A stretch of 64,000 nucleotides of DNA. Origin: Octopus sinensis. Taxonomy: Eukaryota. Below the pieces are notes generated by a model, which was not told where the DNA came from, ran no database searches, and saw nothing but the letters and a program-made list of their open reading frames with translations. Shown here piece after piece: positions 13,988-26,340 of the stretch; the first letter of the stretch is position 1; every line of letters starts with the position of its first letter. The stretch is from assembly GCF_006345805.1 (NCBI RefSeq), contig NC_043022.1:15934001-15998000 (forward strand), given 5' to 3'. A program made the translations under genes and the position numbers.

Positions 13988-14190
13988 AAGACGGTGAGCT
14001 GGCAGAGTGGTTAGCACGCCGGGCGAAATGCTTAGCAGTATTTTGTCTGTCTTTATGCTCTGAGTTCAAATTCCACTGAGATCAACTTTGCCATTCATCC
14101 TTTCAGGGTTGATAAATTAAGTACCAGTGGCGTACTGGGTTTGATCTAATCAACTGGCTCCCTTCCCCAAAACGCCTCGAGTAGAAGAAT
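13988..14190 (+). mobile_element. SINE family B, diverged copy
   Basis: AAGACGGTGAGCTGGCAG..GAGTTCAAATTCC..GATAAATTAAGTACCAG. Confidence 0.78.
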
Positions 14191-14663
14191 ATTCCTATAT
14201 CTGGCTAAACTCTTATTTATTGATCTATCTTCTCTTCATATATATTCCTTTATTGGTTTTATTCTTTGGGTTATAATCCTTGCTGGGTCCAACACAATTA
14301 AGGGACCACTGTCATATCAACCCTGGATCCTATTTTATCGAGTTACAAGGAAATATCTTATGCTGTTGGTTGACTTGGTAAAAACAGACAAATCTCCCTC
14401 AGATCCCTTTGTCATAGGGTCGGTCAAGCTTGCTTGGATTGGCCTGTTTTGATCCTGCCACCCGTTACAATTCTGCAAGATAACATGGTATGTCTATTTG
14501 AACTGGACGGCTGACCCATCTATGTCCATGTTTGTGTGTCCACTTGAAAAAAAAAAACGACATGATAATGTACTTCTGGCTCTACAAAGATGTGATGGTC
14601 ATGGCTGGGATGCATTCAGTAATAGGTTTACTTGACCAACACTGACAATCTTGACAAATGAAA
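14070..14663 (+). repeat. Left arm (source) of a ~590-bp near-perfect inverted repeat
   Basis: Reverse complement of 16461-17045 with only a handful of substitutions and one 10-nt indel. Confidence 0.95.
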
Positions 14664-14688
14664 CATGAGGTAGACCCATGTGGGGTAC

Positions 14689-14910
14689 AACTCTTTTGTT
14701 ACCAACCCGACTGAATCTGGCTCTGAGTACAAATGTCTTGTTTTCATAAGTTCTGAATTAAAATCTTCCACTAAACCTTGGTCACAATTTATGTTCCCAA
14801 CACTAGCTTAATGATAACTATGTTATTTTACTAAATTCTTTGTTATATTTAAAATTAATTGAAAGAAACGCAGAGCATCTCAAAATAGATACAGTAACGA
14901 AAGGGTTTAA
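14689..14910. mobile_element. TTAA MITE family 1
   Basis: Same body; right end GTAACGAAAGGGTTTAA. Confidence 0.75.
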
Positions 14911-15951
14911 ACTGTGAATGTAAAGGAATATGATTGCATGTGACTAACTACAATGAAACCTCAGTTTACCAACAATTTTGTGAACCTAAACCATTCTGAG
15001 TGACAAACTCTCAAGTACTGAATGCACCAGCTGGCCACAAGGGTTGAGTACAAGCTGGAGTATCAGGGAGGAAGAATATCAGTTGGTGCCTAGCTTTGCT
15101 CAGTGCACAACCCTGCTCAAATTTGCAGTGGTTTCTCTTGAATTTCTTATGGGCAAAAATAGCTTCAGTTTACAAAGATTTCAGGAACGAATTAAATTCA
15201 TAAAGTGAGGTTTCACTGTATTTTCATTGATGTGTGACTGATTCTGCTATGTTTTATATCTGACAGAATATTGGCTGAATATGGAACACTGAATGTACTG
15301 GTTGAAAAGGTCAATGTAGAGAGAGAGCATTTAAATGCAAACGAAGGCTGTCGTTAGGGTTATGATTTCCTTGGTCCTTCAGAGCCTCATTGTGTCTGTA
15401 GCTTGTAAAAAGGACCACCTTGCCACAGCAGCAGCCAGTTCCTGGGTGCTTGTAGCATATTGTGACAGAAAGCAGGAGTAACCCTGATGGTATCAGTTGG
15501 CGCACAGTATCTTTTCTTCTCAGTCATTCAGCTGTGGCCATGCTGGGGTACTTCCTTTGATGGGCTTAGTCAAACAAATCAATCCCGGTATTAAATTTTT
15601 TTAAAACTTGGTACTCATTCCATTGGTCTCTTTTGTTTGGATGTAAACAAACCAACACTAGCTGTCAAGTGGTGGCAGAGCACAAAGACACACATGCATG
15701 CAGAGGCTTCCACATAGTTTCCATTTATCACTTCACTCATGAGGCATTGGTCAGTTAGGGGCTAGAGTAGAAAACACTTGTCTAAGGATTCGTGCCTTTA
15801 GCATTTAAAATGGCCATATCCTGCCTCTTTTATGTTCAAACTGTCCAGATCCCACATTTCACACCTGTCCTACAATGTTATAGTAACATTAAACAATCAC
15901 ATCATTTAAATTTCAAAGCTATGAGATAATACAAGATTTATTCAAGACAAT

Positions 15952-16240
15952 CATCATCATCGTTTAACGTCCGTTTTCCATGCTAGCATGGGTTGGACGG
16001 TTCGACCGGGGTCTGGGAAGCCAGAAGGCTGCACCAGACTCCAGTCTGATCTGGCAGTGCTTCTACAGTTGGATGCCCTTCCTAATGCCAACCACTCCGT
16101 GTGTGTAGTGGGTGCTTTTTACGTGCCACCGGCACAGGCGCCAGGGGAGGCTGGCAACAGCCATGATTGGTTGGTGCTTTTTATGTGCCACCTGCATGGA
16201 AGCCAGTCAAGGTGGCACGTACAGGTGGTGCTTTTTACGT
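15952..16240 (-). mobile_element. Family C retroposon with (GAT)n tail, nested in a TTAA MITE
   Basis: Reverse complement of ..GGAAGGGCATCCAGCTGTAGAAAC..CCATGCTAGCATGGAAA..TAAACGATGATGATG. Confidence 0.82.
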
Positions 16241-16460
16241 AAATAAGTAAGCATTAGATTTGATAGTAATCTGAATACTAAAAGGTTAAACCTGAAACCG
16301 TGTGGTCATAAAGTGAGTTTCTTAAAGACACAAGGTTCTTCACTATTCCTGCCCTGTGACTTAGCAGTTTGGCAAAAGAGACCAATAGAATAAGTACCAA
16401 ACTTAAAGATAAATGCTGAGCTCAGTTTGTTCACTAAACTTATCAAGGAGGTGCCCCAGC

Positions 16461-17045
16461 ATTTCATTTTTCAAGATTGTCAAGTAAACCTATTACTGAA
16501 TGCATCCCAGCCATGACCATCACATCTTTGTAGAGCCAGAAGTACATTATCATGTCGTTTTTTTTTTTCAAGTGGACACACAAACATGGACATAGATGGG
16601 TCAGCCGTCCAGTTCAAATAGACATACCATGTTATCTTGTAGAATTGTAATGGGTGGCAGGATCAAAACAGGCCAATCCAAGCAAGCTTGACCGACCCTA
16701 TGACAAAGGGATCTGAGGGAGATTTGTCTGTTTTTACCAAGTCAACCAACAGCATAAGATATTTCCTTGTAACTCGATAAAATAGGATCCAGGGTTGATA
16801 TGACAGTGGTCCCTTAATTGTGTTGGACCCAGCAAGGATTATAACCCAAAGAATAAAACCAATAAAGGAATATATATGAAGAGAAGATAGATCAATAAAT
16901 AAGAGTTTAGCCAGATATAGGAATATTCTTCTACTCGAGGCGTTTTGGGGGAGGGAGCCAGTTGATTAGATCAAACCCAGTACGCCACTGGTACTTAATT
17001 TATCAACACTGAAAGGATGAGCGGCAAAGTTGATCTTAGTGGAAT
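16461..17045 (-). repeat. Right arm (inserted copy) of the inverted repeat
   Basis: Splits a family A SINE tail: ..GGTGCCCCAGCAT[insert]GACTGAAAGATAAAAAG. Confidence 0.95.
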
Positions 17046-17825
17046 GACTGAAAGATAAAAAGATACAAGTATCTGGTGGGTACCAAAATGTCAGACCCCA
17101 CCCACCCCCTCCCGTAATGACCTGACTAGGCCGGTTCCAGTCTTGCTTCTTTGTTTAATTAACTCCAGTTTCAACTTTGAAGTGTCAGTATGCTCTGGCG
17201 CTAGTCAGAATGGCTACCAGTGCTGTTGTTGGTCTTTGCTTCAGATAATAGTAATTTTTTTATCTTAGAAAACAACTCTGAAAATAAAATTTGTTAAATA
17301 ATTGGAGCTCGTTTACCTCCTAACTATTACCATTTGCTGTTGGTTATTGTAAATTACACCATTAATAGGCATTGGTGAACAAGACTAAACTATTAGACAT
17401 CACAGCAGCATTTGTGGAAGAATATAATGTTTGTTTTGGAAATCAGAAAAATATGTGAGATTAACGTGGTTTTTTTTTTTGTTTTTGTCTTTTAAAATAA
17501 TGGTCTTTTAGCAGTGGAGCTTGGTCTTGGTTTTTGTAGAGGATGCGTATTCTAGAAAGCTGCCTATGGTGATTCTAGATCAGTTCATTCTTTTTATTCT
17601 TTTACTTGTTTCAGCCATTTGACTGCAGCCATGCTGGAGCACAGCCTTTTTTGTTTTTTTTCTGAGTTCAGGCGTGGCTGTGTGGTTAAGAAGCTTGTTT
17701 GCTTCCCCAACCATGGGGTCTTGTGTTCAGTCCAACTGTGTGACAACTTGTGTGTTTCTTATAGATAGCCCTGGGCTGCCTCAAGCCTTGTGAGTGGATT
17801 GGGTAAATGAAAACTGATGTATGTA

Positions 17826-18110
17826 TATCATCATCATCATCATTTAGCGTCCGCTTTCCATGCTAGCATGGGTTGGACGGTTCAACTGGGGTCTGTGAAG
17901 CTAGAAGGCTGCATCAGGCCCAGTCAGATCTGACAGTGTTTCTACGGCTGGATGCCCTTCCTAACGCCAACCACTCCGTGAGTGTAGTGGGTGCTTTTTA
18001 CGTGCCACCCGCACAGGTGCCAGACGGATGGTGCTTTTGACGTGCCACCGGCACGGGGGCCAGGCGAGGCTGGCAACGGCCACGAACGGATGGTGCTTTT
18101 TACGTGCTTT
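17826..18110 (-). mobile_element. Family C retroposon
   Basis: Same (CAT)n start and body as the 15952 copy. Confidence 0.82.
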
Positions 18111-19952
18111 TTATATATAAAGTTGATTGTTATGGCTGCTTAGAGAGTGACCACTGGCTTTGCAGCTATAAAGTGTTTAGCTGTATAGGTGACTTGTCAA
18201 CTAAGTACTTTATTGATGTGAAGCCAATGGTGGTCACTCTCTGACTGGCCATAACAAACAACCGTCTAAATATATTACTCTAACTAATGATTTTGGAGGG
18301 GTGAGATATGTGGGACTTCTGATGGTGTGTGTGTGTCTTTGTGTACCTTTGACATCACATGATAGTTATAAACTAGCATCACAGCCATAGAAGGAATGTG
18401 TTTCATTTCCAGTCTTGTATGGGGAGACATAGTCAGGCCACAGGGAAATATTACCTCCTTGGAAACAAGTGAGGGTTGGCGCCAGGAAGGGCAGTGTTCC
18501 ACGAATATCTGTTTCAGAAAATTAAGATAAACACAAGTATAGAATTTTTAGTTCCTTTTGTACATTTGTACCATTGCACCAGTTATTAGCATCTTCTTGT
18601 ATTGGGTGTTCCAAGTGCATTTGGATGCTTAACTGCAATGGTTGATCAGGGGAACACTTTATTGCATCATGTTACAAAGATCTAATAACAAACTGCATCC
18701 GACCCATGCAGGCATGGAAAAGTGGATGTTAAAACTGCTGCTGCTGTTGATGATGATAATGAAATTTTAGCCAAATTACCTTTACTCTTCCATTCTATCA
18801 AAGTTACTAAAAATACGCAATCTCTCGGTTCTTTTTCACCTTGTACACAGTAAAAGTCCAATATAAAAGTCTGAAGCATTTAATCCAATCTCCATCTGCT
18901 GAATGCCATTTCTCATTTCCTAAGTTGCCAAAAGATTCAAACTTTGGTTCTTCCACCATAAAATTTCCAAAACTATTTCCCATGCTTTCAACTAGATTAT
19001 TTCCATTTCTCATTCTCCATTATTATAATAATGGTGACTAAAATAAAATCCTACAAAATTATTAAATAAATACACATTTATTTATTTATTTGCAATATTC
19101 CTAAGTTGTTGGTTAGAATTTATATTTTTAAATATTTTTTTTTTCTCAATTTTCAGTCAAGAAGTTTTGACTGGCTGTCATCTGGAATATATGTCTCTCT
19201 TGTCTAAATCCACCAGTTAAGAATATAGACAAAATTTAATTCCAAAAATTGAAATAACATCCATTGATTTTCACCTGTCACTGTGTGGCCTAGTGGTTAG
19301 GATGTTGCACTCATGATCATTAAATTGTGGGTTCAGTTCCCAGACTGGATGGTGTGTTGTGTTCATGAGCAAAACACTCCATTACTCGTTGCTCTTGTGC
19401 TGTGTGGGGACCAGCATGCCACAGAACAGACCCTTTTCCTCTGAGTGTCATAAAAGGCAACTGTAGGATTTGCACTCCAACCTTGTAAACCCCACTTTAG
19501 CAATGACTACTTAAACAGACCCGTGGGCTGGACAGGTGTTGCCCAACTGGAGTGGTAGGGAATCACCAACAAACGGTAGCTGCAGTGACACCCTGTTGCA
19601 GCACATGTCCCAATACTACTACCACCTGCTAATTTGGTTCTTCTGGTTCATTATGGTAAATTCTTCCATCTTTTAACTATGGTTAGATTGTCTGTGAATT
19701 ACTGGTCAAGGAATTGGCAGCTTAGTTAAGACTCCATTTAATAATAAGTCATAATAATTCTTTTTACTGAAATTTTGATGGGAAGAGGCAAGTTGGTTAT
19801 ACTAACCCCTTAACACTCAGCTGGTACTCTGATTTTTATCAATGCTGATAGGATGAAAGTGGGAGTTGAGTTCTCAGAAGAAATACCTCTGAGCATTTTG
19901 TCATACATCCTGATACTACCAGCTCACTGCCTTAATAATAATAATAATTATT

Positions 19953-20164
19953 ATTTCTTTACTACCCACAAGGGGCTAAACACAAAGGGGACAAACAAGG
20001 ACAGATATCGACCCCAGTGCGCAACTGGTACTTAATTTATCGACCCCGAAAGGATGAAAGGCAAAGTCGACCTCGGCGGAATTTGAACTCAGACCGTAAC
20101 GGCAGACGAAATACGGCTACACATTTCGCCCGGCGTGCTAACGATTCTACCAGCTCGCCGCCTT
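19953..20164 (-). mobile_element. SINE family B
   Basis: Near-identical reverse-complement copy. Confidence 0.85.
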
Positions 20165-20431
20165 GGCCAGCTCAATAATAATAAGGCTAGAAATTTGGAA
20201 AGAAAAGATTTCTCCTAGTACCCGGCTGGATCTTCATCTTCTTCACTCGGCTTTGGTTTCTACTCAGGATGTGAAGAACTATAATCAATATCACTGACTG
20301 TATTTTATACAAAACTCCAAATAACCGTTACGGGAGGAGTTTGTTGTGATTCCATTGTTTCTTGTTCGATAAGCACAGATGTTCCTCATCCTGTTCTTCA
20401 TGCTGGGTCACGCAGGCTGTTGTTTACCCCT

Positions 20432-20736
20432 TTTTATTCTTTTACTTGTGTCAGTTATTTGACTGCGGCCATGCTGGAGCATCACCTTTAGTCGAGTCAA
20501 ATCGACCCCAGGACTTATTCTTTGTAAGCCTAGTACTTATTCTATCAATTTGTTTTGACGAACCGCTAGGTTAGGGGGCATAAACACTCAACCTTATACA
20601 TACATGTATTTCAGTTTCCGTCTACCAAATCCACTCACAAGGCCTTGGCTATAGTAGAAGACACTTGCCCAAGGTGCCATGCAGAGGGTCTGAACCCGGA
20701 ACCATGTGGTTGGTGAGCAAGCTACTTACCACACAG
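20432..20736 (-). mobile_element. SINE family A copy
   Basis: Reverse complement of the tail (CTTTTACTTG..GACTGCGGCCATGCTGGAGC) through to the head. Confidence 0.8.
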
Positions 20737-20799
20737 TTTAACCTGATTAAATAAAACTGGAGTCAAAGATCTTCCAACCATGACCATCTTATTTTTTAA

Positions 20800-21146
20800 G
20801 CTGTGGCTGTGTGGTAAGAAGTTTACTTCCCAAACTCATGGTTGTGGGTTCAGTCCTACTGTGTGGCACTTGGGACAAGTGTCTTTTACTATAGCTGTGG
20901 GCCGACCAAACCCTTATGAGTAGATTTGGTAGTCAGAAACTAAAAGAAGCCCATTGTGTGTGTGTGACGACTGGTGTTGGTGTGTTTATGTCCCCATAAC
21001 TTAGCGAATCAGCAAAAGAGACTGATAGAATAAATACGAAGCTTAAAAAAATAAATACTTTGGTTGATTCATTCGAGTAAAAGTTCTTCACGGCAGTGCT
21101 CCAGGATGGTCGCAGTCTAATGACTGAAACAAGTAAAATACAGTAA
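20800..21146 (+). mobile_element. SINE family A, diverged copy
   Basis: GTGGCTGTGTGGTAAGAAG head through the GACTGAAACAAGTAAAA tail. Confidence 0.78.
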
Positions 21147-21416
21147 AATGGGATTTGGTTGCTATTTCTAGCAAGTCAAGCCACACTGGTCAGACTAGAT
21201 TTGTTTTGGCCAATGTTTATAGTTGATTGGATTGTAATTGATGTTTTATTTTATTGATCTTGGACGATGGTGTTGATGGATGAATTAGCAGGCTGGTCAT
21301 TGGATTAACCTAATTAATGATGTGTGTATACATGTCAGAACCAGGTTCAAACCTTGCCAGGGTAGGCGATTTCTTTTTTGTCTCTTTAGGGCTGATGAAA
21401 TTGTACCAGTATGGTT

Positions 21417-21614
21417 CTTTTATTCTTTTACTTGTTTCAGTCATTTGACTGTGGCCATGCTGGAGCACTGCTTTTAGTTGAACAAACCAACCCCAAGACT
21501 TATTCTTTGTAAGCTTAGTACTTAGGCTCTATTCTCTTGATCTCTATTGCCGAACTGTTAAGTTACAGGGACGTAAACACCAACGTTGGCTGTCATGCGT
21601 TGGTGGAGGGACAA

Positions 21615-21650
<36 letters not shown>

Positions 21651-21815
21651 GACAGGCTTCTTTCAGTTTCCGTCTACCAAATCCACTCACAAGGCTTTGG
21701 TTGGCCCATGGCTATAGTAGAAGACACTTGCCCAAGGTGCCATGCAGTGGGACTGAACTTGGAACCATGTGGTTGGGAAGCAAGCTTCTTACCACACAGC
21801 CACTCCTGCCTCTAT
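21417..21815 (-). mobile_element. SINE family A copy
   Basis: Full reverse-complement copy ending CACTCCTGCC. Confidence 0.85.
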
Positions 21816-21995
21816 GGTTGTAGATTTTAGTTTAGTCATTTCTTACTTGTGTACCTGATTCTGTTTTATTCACCTTGGAAGGAAGGAAGGACAATGATGG
21901 TCAAGATTTGGATAAGAACTATTTCGGGCTTTTGTCCCTTTCAGGGGTTCATCATGGATGATGGTTTATAGAAAATTCATACTTTTTGTATACAT

Positions 21996-22409
21996 AGGCG
22001 CAGGAGTGGCTGTGTGGTAAGTAGTTTGCTAACCAACCACATGGTTCTGGGTTCAGTCCCACTGCATGGCATCTTGGGCAAGTGTCTTCTACTATAGCCC
22101 CGGGCCGACCAAAGCCTTGTGAGTGGATTTGGTAGACGGAAACTGAAAGAAGCCTGTCGTATATATATATATGTATGTGTGTGTGTGTGTGTGTGTGTTT
22201 GTGTGTCTGTGTTTGTCCCCCTAGCATTGCTTGACAACCGATGCTGGTGTGTTTATGTCCCCAGAACTTAGCGGTTCGGCAAAAGAGGCCGATAGAATAA
22301 GTACTGGGCTTAGAAAGAATAAGTCCCGGGGTCGAGTTGCTCGACTAAAGGCGGTGCTCCAGCATGGCCGCAGTCAACTGACTGAAACAAGTAAAAAAGT
22401 AAAGAGTAA
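21996..22409 (+). mobile_element. SINE family A, full-length young copy
   Basis: Complete from head to tail. Confidence 0.9.
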
Positions 22410-22530
22410 ATCCCTCAAAGGGAAGAAAATGCTAAATGGTTTTTATCCAGATTCTGACTACCTCCTTTTTCTGAATATATGATAAAGAAATCTGTGCACC
22501 ACCTCTTACTATATATATGTGCGTGTGTGG

Positions 22531-22866
22531 AGGTGCAATGGCCCAGTGGTTAGGCCGGTGGGATCATGGTTTCAATTCCCAGACCGGGCGTTGTGTTTAT
22601 TGAGCGCAAATGCCTTAAAGCTCCACGAGGCTCCAGCAAACTCTGCTGTACTGTTTCACCACAACTTTCTCTCACTCTTTCTTCCTGTTTCTGTTGTACC
22701 TGTATTTCAAAGGGCCAGCCTTGTCACACTGTCATGCTGATCTCCCCGAGAACTATGTTAAGGGTTCACGTGTCTGTGGAGTGCTCAACCACTTGCATGT
22801 TAGTTTCACAAGCAAACTGTTCCGTTGATCATATCAGACCCTTGTCATTGTAACCGACGGAGAGCC
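22531..22866 (+). mobile_element. tRNA-derived SINE, same family as 61043
   Basis: GGTGCAATGGCCCAGTGGTTAGG..GTTTCAATTCCCAGACCGGGC..GTAACCGACGGAG. Confidence 0.78.
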
Positions 22867-23293
22867 ACAATATATATATATATAAATTAGTAATTAAGAC
22901 TATTTCAGGTAGAACCAGCACGCTAAAAATAGCAGTAAGAAGGCAACTACAACCACAAATTTTCATTGATACATCTTAATTGAAATTGGGGGAATGAACA
23001 AAAATTCTAAGTCTCCATCCCAATAACGAAAAGGATTGTAAATTGAAAAGCCAATTTATGATTCTTTTCATTATTGGTAGGGGGGGGGGGCTGAGAATTT
23101 TTGTTCATTCCCCGACTTCCATTAATGTGCATCAGTGAAAACTTGTGCTCGTAGTTGTCTTTTGACTGCTATTTTTAGCGTGCTGGTGTGACCTGTAGTA
23201 CCCATAATTATTAATACTTTTTTTTTACCTGAAGGTATTTTTTACGCATGCTATACCACTTGATATTGTAAACAATAATAGCCTTATATATTA

Positions 23294-23664
23294 TCTATAT
23301 ATATATATAAAGAGTGTGTCTGTCTGTGTGAATCCCTAAAACTCGAGAACTACACAATTGATTTCATTTAAATTTTACACATGCCTTACTTAGGGTCCAT
23401 GCAGTGTCATGGCTCTGACAGCTTTTCAGTGTGTTCAAAAATCACATGACCCCCACCCCCAATTTTCCATGACAGGTTAGGGCCTGAAATACTCTAAACA
23501 GGCGCATAAACATATTGCTTAGTAGAATTAGCCCTGCATTTACTCCACAAATGTTTTGTCGTCAATGCTGCACTTTCCCATATCACCTGTTTCAACATAA
23601 CTCTAATATATTATATACAAACTATTCCATTTTAATTCCCAGCAACACCAGGTATCTCTGCTAC
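23294..23664 (+). mobile_element. Non-autonomous Helitron-like remnant
   Basis: Starts A|TCTATATATATATATAAAG..GTCTGTCTG and ends with a decayed hairpin CCCAGCAACACCAGG plus CTAC|T. This resembles the TC..hairpin-CTAG termini and A|T target of Helitrons. Confidence 0.5.
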
Positions 23665-24574
23665 TATATATATACCTGTATATATATATTCGTTTGACTT
23701 GTTTTGACATAGTTTTCACACCTAGGAGACCTTATCAACCACTTCACTGTGAAGAGCAGGTGCTTTTTATTATTATGACACTGGTACAAGAGACTTTTTT
23801 TCTCACACACACACACATTGTATATATATGTGTGTGTGTGTGTGTGTAAGTATATTTGTGTAAATTTGTGGGTCATTTTATTGTTTTGGAACAACTTCCT
23901 TAAGAATTTGTTTTAGGGTCACTGTCCTTGTCAGTTTTTTTTTTCTTCCCTAATATTTTTCTCTCTCTCTCTCCCTCACACACACCTACGCGTGCATGAC
24001 AGCTTTCGGTTTCTATTCACTCGCAAAGCTTTGGTCAGTCTGGGGCATCTGAAAAACCTCTGGTCATTTGCTGACTTACTCCATAACTCAAATTACTTCT
24101 CACATATCTGAGATGGCTGCTGTATCCAAAACCTCTTTGACAAATCAGGTCCAAAAGCATTCTTCACGTTCACTCACATCTTCTACTCTGTGTATGTAGG
24201 TGCCATGTTGTTTCTTCTGTCACCTCGGCTGCCCCTACTGGAGCTCATTCTCTGTCCTCTTACAGTAAACACTTCTTCTTATCGTGCTCCTCCTTAGAAC
24301 TATAGCTTTCTAAAATTACTTCTGTACCTTCAAGAAAATAGTGTCCTTGTCCCTTTACCGGGCATCTGCGTCAGAGAGGGAGGAAGATAGCCCCAAACTT
24401 GGCCTGATACTTACAACAGAATGGACATCTTTTGCCACTGGCTCTTGGTGAAGGTGCCTGGCCCAGTGGTTTGGTAATCAGGGTTTTGGTTCCATGACCA
24501 GGCATTGTGTTCTTGAGCCCACTCAGCTGTAAACGAATGACAGGAGGAATGTTGTGATCTCAGTCACCTATAAA

Positions 24575-24813
24575 CAGGGCTGGGGAGTCAGAGTCGGTAA
24601 AACTATATCAACTCTGACTCTGACTCACAATGTCTTTATTCTTTAATATAAACCAGTTATAACATGTAGGCCTGCTCAGAGTACAAGTGTATGCACATGC
24701 TTTATGAGATATGTAGGCCACAATCACTTAATTACATAAAGAGGAATTGGAGTCGGAGGTGCCAATAGTAGAGGAGTCAGAGTCAAATTTGCTGTTTCGA
24801 TTCCACAGCCCTG
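24575..24813. mobile_element. hAT-type MITE
   Basis: TIRs CAGGGCTGGGGAGTC / GATTCCACAGCCCTG. The 8-bp flanks CCTATAAA and CCTATAAG (7/8 match) fit a hAT TSD. Internal GGAGTC(A/G)GAGTC repeats. Confidence 0.8.
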
Positions 24814-24946
24814 CCTATAAGCCAAGGTAACCAGACTCAAAGACAGGAATGTCCAGGAGACTCACACTACTTTACCTTCTTTCTTAATGGAACTCGAGGA
24901 CCGTACTTTGAACTTCATTTCCTTTTTATTTTATAGTAACCATACA

Positions 24947-24977
<31 letters not shown>

Positions 24978-25290
24978 TTACATACATAAATCCAAAACGA
25001 GACAAGAAAGAAATAGTACTCGAATACATAAGGTAGAGCAAAATAATTTTATTAAAACTGCAAAATCTTCACAAAACTTACTCACAGTACTGGGATCAAA
25101 TCTTCTCTTTGAAATCAACTGTAGCTGCAATTTTGTGTCAGTTTGGGGCTGTAGTAGAAAACACTTGCCCAAGGTGCCATATAGTGGGATTGAGCCTGAA
25201 GCCATGCTGTTTGGAAGCAAGCTTAACCACACCGCCACACAATACTTCAGTAGAAACCTCGGAATAATCCGTCTCTTAGGTGGTGGTTGT

Positions 25291-25772
25291 TTAACCCTTT
25301 CATTACCCTATTTATTTTGAGATGTTCTGTGTTTCTTTCAATTAATTTTAAATACAACAAAGAATTTAGTAAAATGACTTCGTTATCATTAAGCTAGTGT
25401 TAGGAACATAAATTGTGGCTAAGGTTTGGTGGAAGATTTTAATTGAAAACTTATGAAAACAAGACATTTGTACTCAGAGCCAGAGCTGGTTTCAGCCAGG
25501 TTGGTATTGAACGGGTTAAGAATTGTTTCTCTATTATATATTTTAACCCTTTTGTTACCCTATTTCTGTTGAGATGCTTTGTGTTTCTTTCAATTACTTT
25601 AAATATAACAAAGAATTTATTAAAATGACTTCGTTATCATTCAGCTAATGTTAGGAACATAAATTGTGACTAAGGTTTGGGTGGAAGGTTTTAATTCAGA
25701 ACTTTTGGAAACAAGACATTTTTACTACAGAGCCAGAGGCAGTTTCAGCTGGGTTGGTATCAAAAGGGTTAA
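25291..25772. mobile_element. Two adjacent TTAA MITE family 1 copies (25291-25519, 25543-25772)
   Basis: Each is bounded by TTAACCCTTT..GGGTTAA, with the same internal sequence as the 36530 copy. Confidence 0.82.
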
Positions 25773-25984
25773 TCCCAAATCAACCTTGGTTGGTGAGATG
25801 GGTTAATAGTTCCAGTCATGACCATTCCATTTGCTTATGGGTATCCAAGACTGCACTGTTTGTTCTTTGAGGGAGAGTTTGTTATTTTTGCGAGGTCAGG
25901 GAGTCACATTAAAGGAGTGATTCTTAACTTGAGTCCCTATAAAAATTTTGGGTGTCTATGCAAGCAAAACAGTAAATTGGTGAT

Positions 25985-26340
25985 CATCATTTAGCATCTG
26001 CTTTCCATGCTGGCATGGGTTGGACGGTTTGACTGAAACCGGAGAGGTGCACCAAGTTCCAGTCTGATCTGGCATGGTTTCTACAGCTGGATGCCCTTCC
26101 TAATGCCAACCACTCCGAGAGTGTAGTGGGTGCTTTTTATGTGTCACTGGCACGGGTGCCACTAACATGACACTGGTACCGGCCATGACTACAACTTCAC
26201 TTGTCTTGACAAGTCTTCTCAAGCGCAGTGTATCACCAAAGGTCCCTCGGTCACATGTCATCACCTCTGTGAAGTCCAATATTTGAAGGGTACATTTTAT
26301 GTGCTGTCGGCACAGGTGCCAGTTACACTATGGTCTCACT
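25985..26340 (-). mobile_element. Family C retroposon
   Basis: Same body with a longer 5' part. Confidence 0.75.

Noticed and set aside
14070-17045. A 3-kb DNA transposon with long TIRs
   Set aside because: No TSD, no transposase, and the ends fall within two different SINE copies.
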